Assembly (NCBI GenBank): GCA_963847565.1
Contig: CAWKAE010000023.1
Span: 1 to 64,000 of the forward strand
Reading direction: 5' to 3'
DNA: 64,000 bases
From: an uncultured Halobacteria archaeon
Lineage (GTDB): Bacteria; Pseudomonadota; Gammaproteobacteria; UBA9214
This document shows positions 34,309-44,622 of the stretch, one piece after another; position 1 is the stretch's first letter; each line of letters opens with the position of its first letter. The notes beneath the pieces are model-generated. The model was given only the letters and a program-made list of their open reading frames with translations. It was not told the origin of the DNA and did no database searches. The translations under genes were made by a program, and so were the position numbers.

Positions 34309-35763
34309 TCAATCAGCCTGTCCCCGTCGTTCCATCCAGGGTAGCGGTGCAAACGGCCCGAGTGCCGTGCGCTTCCACCAGTGTCCGTTCCGCTCGCGTT
34401 CATCCTTGCGGGTGAAATGATATTCATAGGCTTCTACACGCAGAAACCGTGGCGGATTGTCCGGGAAAGGGTTGTGCGCGAGCAGTTTACTGACACTGGG
34501 TGAGCCGGCCAGCAGCGCCTGCAGGAAATGGTCAAACCACGGCAGGTGTTTCGGGTGCAGCGTGACGAACCACATTTGCCAGTCAAGACGTGGCTGGTGC
34601 GGGATGATAAACGCAGGGCGCCGGTCGAGTTGTTGCGGCTTGTATTTGAACTGGTAGGGTTGCCAGTCCAGGCCGTTGTGCGAGCCGAGCACCTCGAGTT
34701 CGATACGTTTGCGTGTCATGGTCGGGAAGACGTGGTACTTGTTGACGACGCTGTAAGCGGTCGTGAAGTTGAGTACCTTGCCGGTAATGCCGCTGAAACG
34801 ATGTCCTGAACCGAGTTCGACCAGCTTCAGTGTGCCAACGGTGAAGATTGCGAGCGCAAGTATGCCGACGGCTGCCGGTATCAGCCGGTCAACCTGTTTG
34901 TCGCCGGCCGGTTGCAATTGCAGGCGTGTTTGCAGGAAGCCCGGCAGTAGCCGCGAAATCGCGCGGTCATCGAACAGGAACAGGCACAGGATGATGGTGA
35001 GAAAGTTGATCCAGTTGTGATTGCTGGTGACGATAATCAGGACCTGCCAGAGGATCGTCAGCCAGGCTGCGGTAAAGCGCCAGCGTCGCGGCAGGAACAT
35101 CATGAACGGCACAAGCAGTTCCACGAACAGGGTGCCGATGGTGCCGGCTTTCAGCAGCCATTCAGGCCACTGGTGTACATACCAGGCAACCGGGTTGGGT
35201 AGTGGTTGCACTTCGAAATAGGTATCAAGCGCAACCAGGCCGGACCAGGCCGGGTCACCGCTGGCCAGCTTGGACAGCCCGGACATGAAGCGCAGGCGGA
35301 ACAGCAGCCAGCGGAACAGCCAGATAACCACGCGCGAACGAGGCGTCAGGAAGATCGCCAGGAAACCGCTTTCCAGCAACAGCGCGTCCCACTGGAAATT
35401 CAGGAACGGTTGCGCGGCATGGAACAGTGACAGGTACAGGATGAATGCCGCAATCAGTGCTGCACGCTGGCCGATGTTGAGCAGGATCAGTAATGCTGCC
35501 AGGCAGCCGGCACCGGCTACCCCGATGAGAGTGGCATCGCCGGCATTGATCCAGAACAGTGTCGGCACCATCAGGAAGTGTTCGATGTCGCCCGTTTGTG
35601 CCAGTTCATCCAGGCGTTCAGCGATGGGCAGGATGCCCTGGCTGCCAATCAGTCCGTCGATCTGTACACCGATCGAAGCGAAGGCAATCAGGTAAATTAC
35701 CCCCAGCAGACGGAGAAAGATTCCTGATATCAACAGGTATGTGTTGTTATGACTGTCAGGCAT
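34309..35763 (-). CDS. Lipase maturation factor (LMF1)-family membrane protein
   Basis: Polytopic N-terminal region plus a conserved C-terminal region (WQPYQFKYKP, PRLDWQMWF). Confidence 0.65.
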   Translation of the reverse strand: MPDSHNNTYLLISGIFLRLLGVIYLIAFASIGVQIDGLIGSQGILPIAERLDELAQTGDIEHFLMVPTLFWINAGDATLIGVAGAGCLAALLILLNIGQRAALIAAFILYLSLFHAAQPFLNFQWDALLLESGFLAIFLTPRSRVVIWLFRWLLFRLRFMSGLSKLASGDPAWSGLVALDTYFEVQPLPNPVAWYVHQWPEWLLKAGTIGTLFVELLVPFMMFLPRRWRFTAAWLTILWQVLIIVTSNHNWINFLTIILCLFLFDDRAISRLLPGFLQTRLQLQPAGDKQVDRLIPAAVGILALAIFTVGTLKLVELGSGHRFSGITGKVLNFTTAYSVVNKYHVFPTMTRKRIELEVLGSHNGLDWQPYQFKYKPQQLDRRPAFIIPHQPRLDWQMWFVTLHPKHLPWFDHFLQALLAGSPSVSKLLAHNPFPDNPPRFLRVEAYEYHFTRKDERERNGHWWKRTALGPFAPLPWMERRGQAD

Positions 35764-36091
35764 ATCTGGCGGGTTTTACTCTCGCTCCGGTCACGCTACT
35801 GTTCAGTATCCGACCATTGAACTTGAAAATCACATGAATGTGATTGATTCCTGTCAAATCTGACGAATCGATAACCTGTTTATTTCCGGGTTCTCCGCGC
35901 GACTGCATCCATGCGCGTCAGTAAAGGGCAAACACATGGCTTTTTCGTATTAGAATCCGTTGCAGTGCGCAAATACTCCGTAAGGCGGTGGCTGACACGG
36001 TCGTCCGGCGAATGTCCCGATGCAGGTATGAGTCTTGCAGGTGAACAGGGAGACGGGTGTGCGGGCTGCCGGACAGAACAGGGATGCTGAT

Positions 36092-36715
36092 ATGACATTG
36101 ATAGGTTTGCTGAGCGATGTGCATGCCACGCCGGAACCGGTTGCGCATGCGCTGGAGATATTTGAACGGGCGGGTGTCGACCAGGTATTTTGTGCCGGTG
36201 ATATTGCCGGCTACCGGGAAGGTTTACGGGAAACTGTCGACATGCTGGTGCAGTCCGGGAGTATTTCGATACTCGGTAACCATGACCTGGGCTATTTGCA
36301 GACACATGCCGAAGACGGGGATGCGTCCGTGCTTGAATATTTCAGCGCACTGCCGGCTTACGTCGAGCAGACCATCGAGGGACAACATGTCTACATGGTG
36401 CATGCCGAGCCGCCGGCAGCCTGTCATGGCGGCATCAAGCTGCGCGATCGCACCGGTGCGGTGCAGTCCGACCGGGTTATGCACTGGGAGAGGGAGCTGG
36501 CGGGTTTTGAACCGGACGTGTTAATCGTCGGGCATACGCACCAGGTGTATGCCGAGCAGGTTGGCAATACCCTGGTCGTGAACCCGGGCAGCTCGGCCTT
36601 CAATTATTCCTGTGCAATCCTGAGTCTGCCGTCAATGACGGTTGAGACCTATCCACTGGCCGGACAGCCCATTGCGCCGGTCTGGAACTGGAGCGATCAC
36701 TTCGGTAAATCGTGA
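36092..36715 (+). CDS. Metallophosphoesterase (YfcE-like)
   Basis: DVH..GD..GNHD..GHTH motifs. The ORF extends to 36035. Confidence 0.7.
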   Translation: MTLIGLLSDVHATPEPVAHALEIFERAGVDQVFCAGDIAGYREGLRETVDMLVQSGSISILGNHDLGYLQTHAEDGDASVLEYFSALPAYVEQTIEGQHVYMVHAEPPAACHGGIKLRDRTGAVQSDRVMHWERELAGFEPDVLIVGHTHQVYAEQVGNTLVVNPGSSAFNYSCAILSLPSMTVETYPLAGQPIAPVWNWSDHFGKS

Positions 36716-36804
36716 TCAGGAGTTGCCGTCACCTGCTGTATTCGCCGCGCTGATGCGTTCGAATTTCCGCGCCTCGACACTCAGGCACAGTTGTACTTCA
36801 CCAT

Positions 36805-37413
36805 TCACAAGGCGTCGAGCTTGTCCATGCCGAACTCCGCCCGGTTAATGGTGGCCGTCGCCTTGACCGTAATCATGCCGGTCTTTGCAGGCGTCAGGGT
36901 TACTTCGAACAGGATCGGCCGGGTGATCCCGCGCAGTGTCAGGTCGCCCTTCATAATGGCGGTATCCGCTCCCGTCCATGCAAAACTGTTGCTGACGAAC
37001 AGCACGTCGGGATACTTCTCGACATCGAAAAAGCTCTCACCCTTGAGCAGGCTGCGCACCAGGGCGCCCTGGGTGTCCAGGCTGTCGGTGCGGATCAGGA
37101 CCAGGGTCTGGCCGTTGTTGGCTTCGCCGTTACCAAGCGTCATGCCACCCTTGAATTCGGTGAAATTGCCCTCGATACGCTTCAGCGCGCTGTTCACGCA
37201 GAAGCCGACCTGCGAGCTGCCGGGCTGGATCCGGTACAGGTGGCCGTCTTCCGCCGCTGACAGCATGCCGGACAGCAGGGACTCGTCCACACGGCCGTCC
37301 ATGAAAGGCTCGCAGACATCCGGATTTTCCGGGAGAACGGACGCCGCCAGCGCAGACCCGCCGAGCGTCAGCAGGAAAAATGCGATAACTAATTGTTTAA
37401 TATACAAAAGCAT
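36805..37413 (-). CDS. YceI-family periplasmic protein
   Basis: Signal peptide and YceI-like beta-barrel signature. Confidence 0.65.
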   Translation of the reverse strand: MLLYIKQLVIAFFLLTLGGSALAASVLPENPDVCEPFMDGRVDESLLSGMLSAAEDGHLYRIQPGSSQVGFCVNSALKRIEGNFTEFKGGMTLGNGEANNGQTLVLIRTDSLDTQGALVRSLLKGESFFDVEKYPDVLFVSNSFAWTGADTAIMKGDLTLRGITRPILFEVTLTPAKTGMITVKATATINRAEFGMDKLDAL

Positions 37414-37561
37414 ACTAATATTTGCGCCTCACGCAGTTAATCACAGTCCCATTATAACTAAATCAGAATATTATGATATGCGACATATCGTCGCGGGCAA
37501 GGTTCCCTGTAAAAGGGTGCCTGTGTGGGCGGGTGTGAAATCCGCGTGCGCGGGGGTGGCG

Positions 37562-38203
37562 TCAGGGGGCGCGGCGTTCGATGGCCCAGCCAGGGCCGGT
37601 GCGGGTGTAGACAAAACGGTCGTGCAGGCGGCTGTCGCGTGCCTGCCAGAACTCGATTTCAAACGGGGCAATCCGGTAGCCACCCCAGAAATCCGGCAAG
37701 GGCACTTCGCCACGCGCGAACTTGCGTTTGATTTCGTCAACCTTGGCATCCAGCAGCGAGCGCGAGGAAATGACCTGGCTTTGTTGTGAGGCCCAGGCGC
37801 CGATCTGGCTGCCACGCGGCCGGGTGGCAAAATATTTCATGGATTCCGTTGTCGGAATTTTCTCGGCGACCCCGGTAATCTTGACCTGTCGGCCCAGGCC
37901 CACCCAGGGGAACAGCATGGCCACCCGGTTGTTCGCTGTAATCTGCCGGGCCTTGTCGCTTTCGTAGTTGGTGAAGAATACGAACCCGGCTTCGTCGTAG
38001 AGTTTCAGCAGGACGGTACGTGCCCAGGCTTGCCCGTTCGCATCGACGGTAGCGAGGCTGAAGGCATTGGGTTCGGGGATGCCGGAATTAATCGCCTGCT
38101 CAAACCAGTGTTCGAATTGCCTGAACGGGTTTGGATCAAGGTCGTCACGGTTGAGACCGTCGGCCATCCATTTATCGCGGAGATTGTCTGCAAGGTCAGT
38201 CAT
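37562..38203 (-). CDS. pdxH: Pyridoxamine 5'-phosphate oxidase
   Basis: FFTNYESDKARQI, C-terminal EFWQ.R..RLHDR. Confidence 0.85.
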   Translation of the reverse strand: MTDLADNLRDKWMADGLNRDDLDPNPFRQFEHWFEQAINSGIPEPNAFSLATVDANGQAWARTVLLKLYDEAGFVFFTNYESDKARQITANNRVAMLFPWVGLGRQVKITGVAEKIPTTESMKYFATRPRGSQIGAWASQQSQVISSRSLLDAKVDEIKRKFARGEVPLPDFWGGYRIAPFEIEFWQARDSRLHDRFVYTRTGPGWAIERRAP

Positions 38204-38273
38204 ACCTTGCCATTATACGACGATTGCGTTTGTTTGGATGTGCGCCTGACGCATCAGGCGATTAGCCGTCGAC

Positions 38274-39113
38274 TCAGTTATTGAGATACTTCGCAGGATT
38301 GACCTGCTTGCCGTCCAGCAGCACTTCGATGTGCACATGCGGGCCGGTAGAACGGCCGGTGGAACCTATTAATGCAACCGGCTGGCCTTTACGAACGGTC
38401 TCGCCGGTGTCGACCAGCTGGGTTTTGTTATGTGCATAACGGGTGGCAAAGCCGTTGCCATGGTCCACTTCGACCAGGTTGCCGTAGCCTGTGCGTGTGC
38501 CCGAGAAGGTCACGACCCCGTCGCCCACGGCAAGGATTTCGCTGCCAATTTTGCCGGCGACGTCGATGCCCTTATGTGAATCGCGCTTGCCTGTGAACGG
38601 GTCGATACGCGAGCCGAACTTCGAGGACAGGTGTCCCTTTTCGACTGCACGGCCGGAGGGCGTCACGCGCTGGTGAACATTCTGGTACATCAGTACCTGT
38701 TCCAGCATGGTCAGTTTGCTTTCGCGGTCGCCGAGCGTGGTGTCGAGTTCATTCAGCATGGCGAGAAAATCAGGTACGGTGTTGTCGGCAAAGGCAGCAG
38801 CGTTTTCCGGGCCACCGACCGGCGGTGCAATATCAAAGTTGAACTCGTCTGTTTCGAGGTCAGCGACATCGACCAGGCGTTTACCGAGTGCGTCGAGGCG
38901 CAGCATCTCTGCCTGCATGCGACCAAGCCGCAGGGTGAGTGCATCGAGGTTGTCCTGCGCACTGGTGCGTGCCTGTTCGATGACCTGTTGCTGCATTTCC
39001 GCGACGACCTGCAGGTCCCGGACTTCGTTAATCTGGTTGCGGGCCTCATGGCTGGTGCCGAGGCGATAGCCGCTAAACAGGATAAGCGCGCACAGCGCGA
39101 TAACCGCCAGCAA
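38274..39113 (-). CDS. M23-family metallopeptidase with N-terminal membrane anchor and coiled coil
   Basis: HKGIDV, HNK..VDTG, GSTGRSTGPHVH. Confidence 0.8.
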   Translation of the reverse strand: MLAVIALCALILFSGYRLGTSHEARNQINEVRDLQVVAEMQQQVIEQARTSAQDNLDALTLRLGRMQAEMLRLDALGKRLVDVADLETDEFNFDIAPPVGGPENAAAFADNTVPDFLAMLNELDTTLGDRESKLTMLEQVLMYQNVHQRVTPSGRAVEKGHLSSKFGSRIDPFTGKRDSHKGIDVAGKIGSEILAVGDGVVTFSGTRTGYGNLVEVDHGNGFATRYAHNKTQLVDTGETVRKGQPVALIGSTGRSTGPHVHIEVLLDGKQVNPAKYLNN

Positions 39114-39690
39114 GGTAATAATGAGGGTGCGTGCGGATCATATTCGTAGCTGCGTACCTGTCCGCCGGGGCGTGTCAGAAGCAGCGTGCTTGGCCTATTT
39201 ATCATGGTATTGCCCTGAATCCTCCCGGGCGGACGTATTGAACGACCGTGCCGGGTCAAGTTGTGCCAGTAATCACCAGCCTAGGGGCGACAAGCGCCGA
39301 CGGCAATTGGCCTGAAGTACAGGAGCCGCCAGTAAAACATATAAAATACAATGCGTTGTAATGTTCGCCGCCGAATTACCCGGTCATGTTCGACCGGTTC
39401 CAGTGCGGTATCCATACCGGGGCGGAGCGGGGTCTGAGCATGTTACACAGCCAGAATTGCGCCGTCGAGCGCAAAATACGGGGCGATTAAGTGCCTGTTG
39501 GCTGCTGGCCTGGCCCCGGGTGGCGCAGGGCATTATTTAAATTCTTAAATAATCGGTACTTGCTGATATTAATAACCCATTGGTTTGGAGGGTTATTAGG
39601 GCGGCGTTTCACTCACAAATTCTGTGTGCTGGCACGCTGCTCTGCGCCGGTCTTTTGACGTCCAGTGCGGCCGTCGGCGGGCGCCGGACT

Positions 39691-40293
39691 TCAGCCAACA
39701 ACCTCGAGTACCTGTTTCCACGCGGTGCGCAGTGGCTGCGGGATATCACCCGGGCGGGTGCGCCCGGGCAGTGTCTTCAGGTCGCTGATCTGGATAACAC
39801 TGTCCGGTTTGTCTTTCGGAAATTTTGCATTTGGAAACAGGTGCAGACCTTTCACCGGTACACCGGGCACAAGCTGGCTGATCGCGTTGATTTGTCGTTG
39901 CAGGTACTGGTTCGGGTTGTCGAACTTGTAACTGCGTCGCCCGAGCACCTGGGTCCACTGTTCAGTCAGGCGTCCGCCGAAAATAAGGCCGTCGAATCGC
40001 ATGATGCCGACGATAAGGATGGCCTCGGGTGACAGTACCAGGTGTTCAATGGTGACTTCTCCGCCAGTGCCGTCCGGCAGGTTTATATTGTCGATGCGAC
40101 GCGCGCCGAGCCGCTGGATAAGCTTGCGGGTCTTGCGTTCGCAACGCCAGCGGTGCACCCGGTTGCGTAACACGTAGAGCAGTCCGCCGAGAGCGACGGC
40201 GACGACCAGCAGGGTGGCTTGCAATTCGCTGTTGTTGGCGAGTTCGTGCAGGAATTCAGGGAATAGAGAAAGGCATACACCCGGTAGCTTCAT
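39691..40293 (-). CDS. NERD (nuclease-related domain) protein, membrane-anchored
   Basis: N-terminal TM helix. Core GEVTIEHLVLSPEAILIVG resembles NERD. Confidence 0.55.
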   Translation of the reverse strand: MKLPGVCLSLFPEFLHELANNSELQATLLVVAVALGGLLYVLRNRVHRWRCERKTRKLIQRLGARRIDNINLPDGTGGEVTIEHLVLSPEAILIVGIMRFDGLIFGGRLTEQWTQVLGRRSYKFDNPNQYLQRQINAISQLVPGVPVKGLHLFPNAKFPKDKPDSVIQISDLKTLPGRTRPGDIPQPLRTAWKQVLEVVG

Positions 40294-40345
40294 GTCTGGT
40301 TGTTGTCGCGGAAGCTGCGCAGGATATCAGGAAATGCCCCCGGCT

Positions 40346-40948
40346 TCACAACCCCTTGCTCTGGATGAGCGTCCATTGCACCAGTTGAGCGGCCAGCGCT
40401 TCGGCGGCCCGCTGTTGACCGTGATTGCGCAACCATTCCACGACCCAGCGATGCCCCCACGCGCTGGCATTGCTGTCACTTGGATTAAGTGCAATCTGGT
40501 GCGTGTGGGCAAGAAACAGGAACAGCGGGCGTGCCAGCGCATGCACGGTTGCCGCCAGCCGGTCCGGGTAGGTCCACTCGCACAGGCCGCGGGTCGTAAA
40601 GCGGTCCGGAATACTGCGGCGCCGGATCGGTATCGGTGGAATACGCCCCCAGTTACGCTCGCGCGCGGGATAGTCGGCACCCTGCCAGACATTCACCTTG
40701 ATGCGATACATATGCTGTGGTTGCGGGTCTTCTTCCGTGGCAAGCCGCATACGCGGAGTCCAGCAGGTACTGAGCGTGGCCGGTGCCTGTTCGCCGGTGA
40801 TAATCGGTTGATGCTGTGTGTCGGTCATCGGATAGACGCGCACCCAGTCGAGTAGCCGCATATCGTAATCGTCCAGTTTACCAAGGACGAAGGCAATGAC
40901 GTCGCCGGCATCGGTCCGGTCGCTGATGACGGGCAGGGCGTGTGACAT
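40346..40948 (-). CDS. Hypothetical protein, co-oriented 52 nt upstream of the NERD gene
   Basis: ORF only. Confidence 0.4.
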   Translation of the reverse strand: MSHALPVISDRTDAGDVIAFVLGKLDDYDMRLLDWVRVYPMTDTQHQPIITGEQAPATLSTCWTPRMRLATEEDPQPQHMYRIKVNVWQGADYPARERNWGRIPPIPIRRRSIPDRFTTRGLCEWTYPDRLAATVHALARPLFLFLAHTHQIALNPSDSNASAWGHRWVVEWLRNHGQQRAAEALAAQLVQWTLIQSKGL

Positions 40949-41038
40949 GACGGGCCTCCCAGTTTGACCACATAGTTGGTGTCGGCAGGTGCTTGCCTAT
41001 ATATTAGGTGATAATCCTGTCACGCACTATGGTTCTTC

Positions 41039-41953
41039 ATGTTGCGCCTGTTGCTGCTTTGCCTGCTGGTAACTTCGACCTGCGTATCGGCGCAGCTGCC
41101 GGTCGCTGACATGCATTTGCATTACAAGTGGAGTCAGCAGGAAGTTACATCTCCCGATGAAGCGTTACGCCTGCTTGGGGCGGCACAGGTTGCACTGGGT
41201 GTGGTGATCGGTACACCGGCCGAACGGGCGCTGGCACTGACGCAGCGTTCGAACGGGCGCCTTGTGCCGATCTGGAGCCCGTACCGGGAAGGCGGTGACT
41301 GGTCGCGCTGGGCAACGGACAAGTCGGTGGTACAGCGTGCACGTGCAGCGCTGGCATCGGGCAATTATTACGGTATCGGCGAACTGCACCTGGTCGGCGG
41401 GTTTGCACCGCGCGCGACACCGGGCGATGTGACCTCGCAATTGATGCAGCTGGCCGGGGAATATGACGTGCCGGTTTTGTTGCACACGGAATTCTCGCGC
41501 GCGGACCGTATGCAGGCGCTGTGTACGGCCCATCCGCGTACACGCATCGTGTGGGCACATGCCGGCGCAATCCTGCCGCCGGCGGCTGTCGAATCGGTAC
41601 TGGCCAGCTGCGATAATGTCATGGCTGGCCTGGCTGCACGCGACCCGTGGCGCTTCGTCAACAACCCGATCACGGATACGCAGGGCAAACTGTTGCCGGC
41701 CTGGCGTGCTTTACTGTTGCGTTACCCGGACCGGTTCATGGTCGGCTCCGACCCGGTGTGGCCGGTCGACCAGCTCGATAGCTGGGACGAGGCGGATACC
41801 GGCTGGCAGGAACTCGGCCGGTTCTGGGCATTCCATCGCAACTGGCTGGCGGATTTGCCGCATAACGTGGCGTTGCGGATTGCCTGTATCAATGCGGTGG
41901 ACACGTTTATGCCAACGGCAGGCGACGTGTGCGTTCTCACCGGTTATCGATGA
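41039..41953 (+). CDS. Secreted amidohydrolase-2 / TIM-barrel metal-dependent hydrolase family protein
   Basis: Signal peptide. DMHLHY metal-binding start, HTEF, WAHAG, and a later Asp. Confidence 0.6.
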   Translation: MLRLLLLCLLVTSTCVSAQLPVADMHLHYKWSQQEVTSPDEALRLLGAAQVALGVVIGTPAERALALTQRSNGRLVPIWSPYREGGDWSRWATDKSVVQRARAALASGNYYGIGELHLVGGFAPRATPGDVTSQLMQLAGEYDVPVLLHTEFSRADRMQALCTAHPRTRIVWAHAGAILPPAAVESVLASCDNVMAGLAARDPWRFVNNPITDTQGKLLPAWRALLLRYPDRFMVGSDPVWPVDQLDSWDEADTGWQELGRFWAFHRNWLADLPHNVALRIACINAVDTFMPTAGDVCVLTGYR

Positions 41954-41965
41954 GTCTTTGCCGTA

Positions 41966-42631
41966 ATGGATATCCCCGCAAACCTGTTACCGATGGCCTG
42001 GCTGCTGGGCGGTGGTGTCCTGTACGGGCTGGTGCTGATGGCTGCCTTGCTTACCGCGCCCTGGTCCAGGGTGCGTGACAGCGAAGCACAAAACGTTTAC
42101 CTGGCGGCGATTGTAGCGATCAGCCTGATGTGGGTGATGCGGGGCGGTATCCAGGCCGGCCTCAGCTACCACCTGCTCGGTATGACGCTGCTGTGCCTGA
42201 TGTTCGAGTGGCAGTTCGCCGTGTTTGCCGCCAGCCTGATCGTGGCATTTACCAGCTGGCAGGGCGGCTCCGGCTGGGCGGCCTTTGGTGTGAACGTTAT
42301 GTTGATGGGTGTCCTGCCCATCCTGTTTACGCGGGTGATGTTGTACATCTGCCAGCGCCGTCTGCCGCACAACTATTACATTTATGTATTCGTCAACGCG
42401 TTCCTGGTCGGTGCGCTGTCGATGCTGCTGGCCGGTGGCGCATCGGGACTGTTGCAACATATCGCCGGTGTGCAGCCGGCCGGTACTATCAGCAGCAACT
42501 TCCTGATGATCCTGCCCATGCTGATGTTCGGTGAAGGCTTCATTAACGGCGGTACACTGTCACTGGTGGTCGCCTACCGTCCGCAGTGGGTCGCGACCTT
42601 TCATGATCGCTGGTACCTTGATGGAAAATAA
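41966..42631 (+). CDS. Polytopic membrane protein (6-7 TM), uncharacterised
   Basis: Hydrophobicity pattern. Follows the amidohydrolase by 13 nt. Confidence 0.5.
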   Translation: MDIPANLLPMAWLLGGGVLYGLVLMAALLTAPWSRVRDSEAQNVYLAAIVAISLMWVMRGGIQAGLSYHLLGMTLLCLMFEWQFAVFAASLIVAFTSWQGGSGWAAFGVNVMLMGVLPILFTRVMLYICQRRLPHNYYIYVFVNAFLVGALSMLLAGGASGLLQHIAGVQPAGTISSNFLMILPMLMFGEGFINGGTLSLVVAYRPQWVATFHDRWYLDGK

Positions 42632-42657
42632 TCGTTCCACGGTGACGGGTTGCAACT

Positions 42658-43041
42658 ATGCGTGACGAAGAACGCGACCGGAAAATACTCGAGTGGCAGG
42701 AAAAGGCACGCAAGGCTGCGAAGCGCCGCAAGCCGCGCAATCTTTATGTCATCACGCTCGACCCCGAGGTGTTATGGGACCGGGATTTCCGTCAGGAAAA
42801 TCCCAACTACGTTGAAGGGATGCCATGCGTGTATGTTGGTATGACGGTACATGCGCCGGGCGATCGTTTTCAGCAACACATGGTCGGTTATCGCAGCAGC
42901 AAGTACCCGCGCGAGTACGGTACCGAGCTGGCGCTGGACCTGATGGAAGGTTTCGAGGCGGAAGCTATGCCGGACGAGGCGCGCGAGGCGGCGCTGGCCG
43001 ACTGGTTGCGCCGCCAGGGGTGTGCAGTCTGGCAGAACTGA
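42658..43041 (+). CDS. Hypothetical protein, tentative GIY-YIG-like motif arrangement
   Basis: LYVITL ... VYVGMT ... R..QH ... G resembles GIY-YIG, but the spacing is atypical. Confidence 0.35.
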   Translation: MRDEERDRKILEWQEKARKAAKRRKPRNLYVITLDPEVLWDRDFRQENPNYVEGMPCVYVGMTVHAPGDRFQQHMVGYRSSKYPREYGTELALDLMEGFEAEAMPDEAREAALADWLRRQGCAVWQN

Positions 43042-43104
43042 CGCAGTGTAATGTTTCGTTCCATTTCCGTAGCCAGGCTTGTCCCTGTACCAACTTGACG
43101 CACC

Positions 43105-43167
43105 CGTAGGAGCGCCTTGCAGGCGCGATCTGATTTTTAAATCGCGCCTGCAAGGCGCTCCTACAGG
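43105..43167. repeat. REP-A perfect hairpin; terminator-like
   Basis: GTAGGAGCGCCTTGCAGGCGCGATC..GATCGCGCCTGCAAGGCGCTCCTAC. Confidence 0.8.
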
Positions 43168-43253
43168 GGTATCATTTGCTGTGGTAGCACGACCCCTGTG
43201 TTTGATCTGGCGCATATGGCCGAATTGCGGGTATCTGCTAGTGTTAACAGAGT

Positions 43254-44621
43254 ATGAAACTTCAGTTACATGGCCGCACCCGGTGGGCAAGGATTTTGCT
43301 CCTGGCAGCAGTCGTGCTGGCGCCTGTCTGGTACCCGCTGGCAAACGAACGGGTGGCGGTGGTACTGACGGTCGATGGTGCAATCGGACCGGCGACAGCG
43401 GATTACATCCAGCGCGGGATCGAGGCCGGTCATAGCCAGGGTGCTGCCCTGGTCGTCATAAAAATGGATACGCCCGGCGGACTCGACACCGCCATGCGCG
43501 ACATTATCCAGCATATCCTGGTGTCACCAACGCCGGTCGCGACCTATGTTTCGCCCGGGGGAGCGCGCGCGGCCAGCGCCGGCACCTATATCCTGTATGC
43601 CAGTCACGTGGCGGCCATGGCGCCCGGCACCAATGTCGGCGCCGCCACGCCGGTACAGATCGGCGGTATTCCGGACACGGATGATCTCATGGGCAAGCAG
43701 GCGGAGCAGGGTGAGTCGGCGGACAAGCCCGATGCCATGGAGAGCAAGCTGATCAATGACGCGGTGGCCTATATCCGCAGTCTTGCGCAAATGCGCGGGC
43801 GTAACGTGGAGTGGGCGGAACTGGCCGTGCGCGAGGCCGCCAGCCTGCCGGCTGACGAGGCGCTGGAGCAGGGCGTGATCGATATCGTGGCGACGGATAT
43901 GCGCGACCTGTTGGCGCAGGCGCACGGCCGCACCGTGACCGTCGGCGGCATGCCGCAAGTGCTCGATACGCAAGGACTGACACTGGTAGCAATCGAACCG
44001 GACTGGCGCAACCGAATACTGACCGTGATTACCGATCCGAACGTGGCCTATATCCTCATGTTGATCGGTATCTATGGCCTGTTTTTCGAGTTCGCCAACC
44101 CGGGCTTTGTCCTGCCGGGCGTGGCCGGCGCCATCAGCCTGCTGCTGGCGCTGTATGCCTTCCAGATCCTGCCGGTCAATTACGCCGGGCTCGCGCTGGT
44201 GGCGCTGGGGATAATTTTCATGCTGGCCGAGGCGATTGTGCCAAGCTTCGGCGCGCTCGGCTTCGGTGGCGTGATTGCCTTCGTGACCGGTTCCATCATT
44301 CTGTTTGACAAGGCAGGGCCGGGTTACGCGGTATCCCTGCCGCTGATCGCCGCGCTGGCACTGGTCAGTGCCGGCTTCTTCCTGTTTGTTGTTGGTGCGG
44401 CCATCAAGGCGCGCAAGCGACCCGTGGTCAGCGGTGAAGAGGAAATGCTGCACATGATGGGCGAGGTAATCGACGGTTTCGAGCGCAACGGCCGGATCCG
44501 TATTCATGGCGAGGTGTGGAAGGCGGAATCGGCCGTCCCGCTGCACAGCGGCGACAAGGTACAGGTGGTTGCCGTCGACGGACTCGTTTTAAAGGTGCAG
44601 CCGATCAGTCAGGAGGTTTGA
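43254..44621 (+). CDS. NfeD-family membrane-bound ClpP-class protease (long form)
   Basis: N-terminal ClpP-like domain, central TM bundle, C-terminal OB-fold. Ends 1 nt before the stomatin gene. Confidence 0.8.
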   Translation: MKLQLHGRTRWARILLLAAVVLAPVWYPLANERVAVVLTVDGAIGPATADYIQRGIEAGHSQGAALVVIKMDTPGGLDTAMRDIIQHILVSPTPVATYVSPGGARAASAGTYILYASHVAAMAPGTNVGAATPVQIGGIPDTDDLMGKQAEQGESADKPDAMESKLINDAVAYIRSLAQMRGRNVEWAELAVREAASLPADEALEQGVIDIVATDMRDLLAQAHGRTVTVGGMPQVLDTQGLTLVAIEPDWRNRILTVITDPNVAYILMLIGIYGLFFEFANPGFVLPGVAGAISLLLALYAFQILPVNYAGLALVALGIIFMLAEAIVPSFGALGFGGVIAFVTGSIILFDKAGPGYAVSLPLIAALALVSAGFFLFVVGAAIKARKRPVVSGEEEMLHMMGEVIDGFERNGRIRIHGEVWKAESAVPLHSGDKVQVVAVDGLVLKVQPISQEV

Positions 44622-44622
44622 C

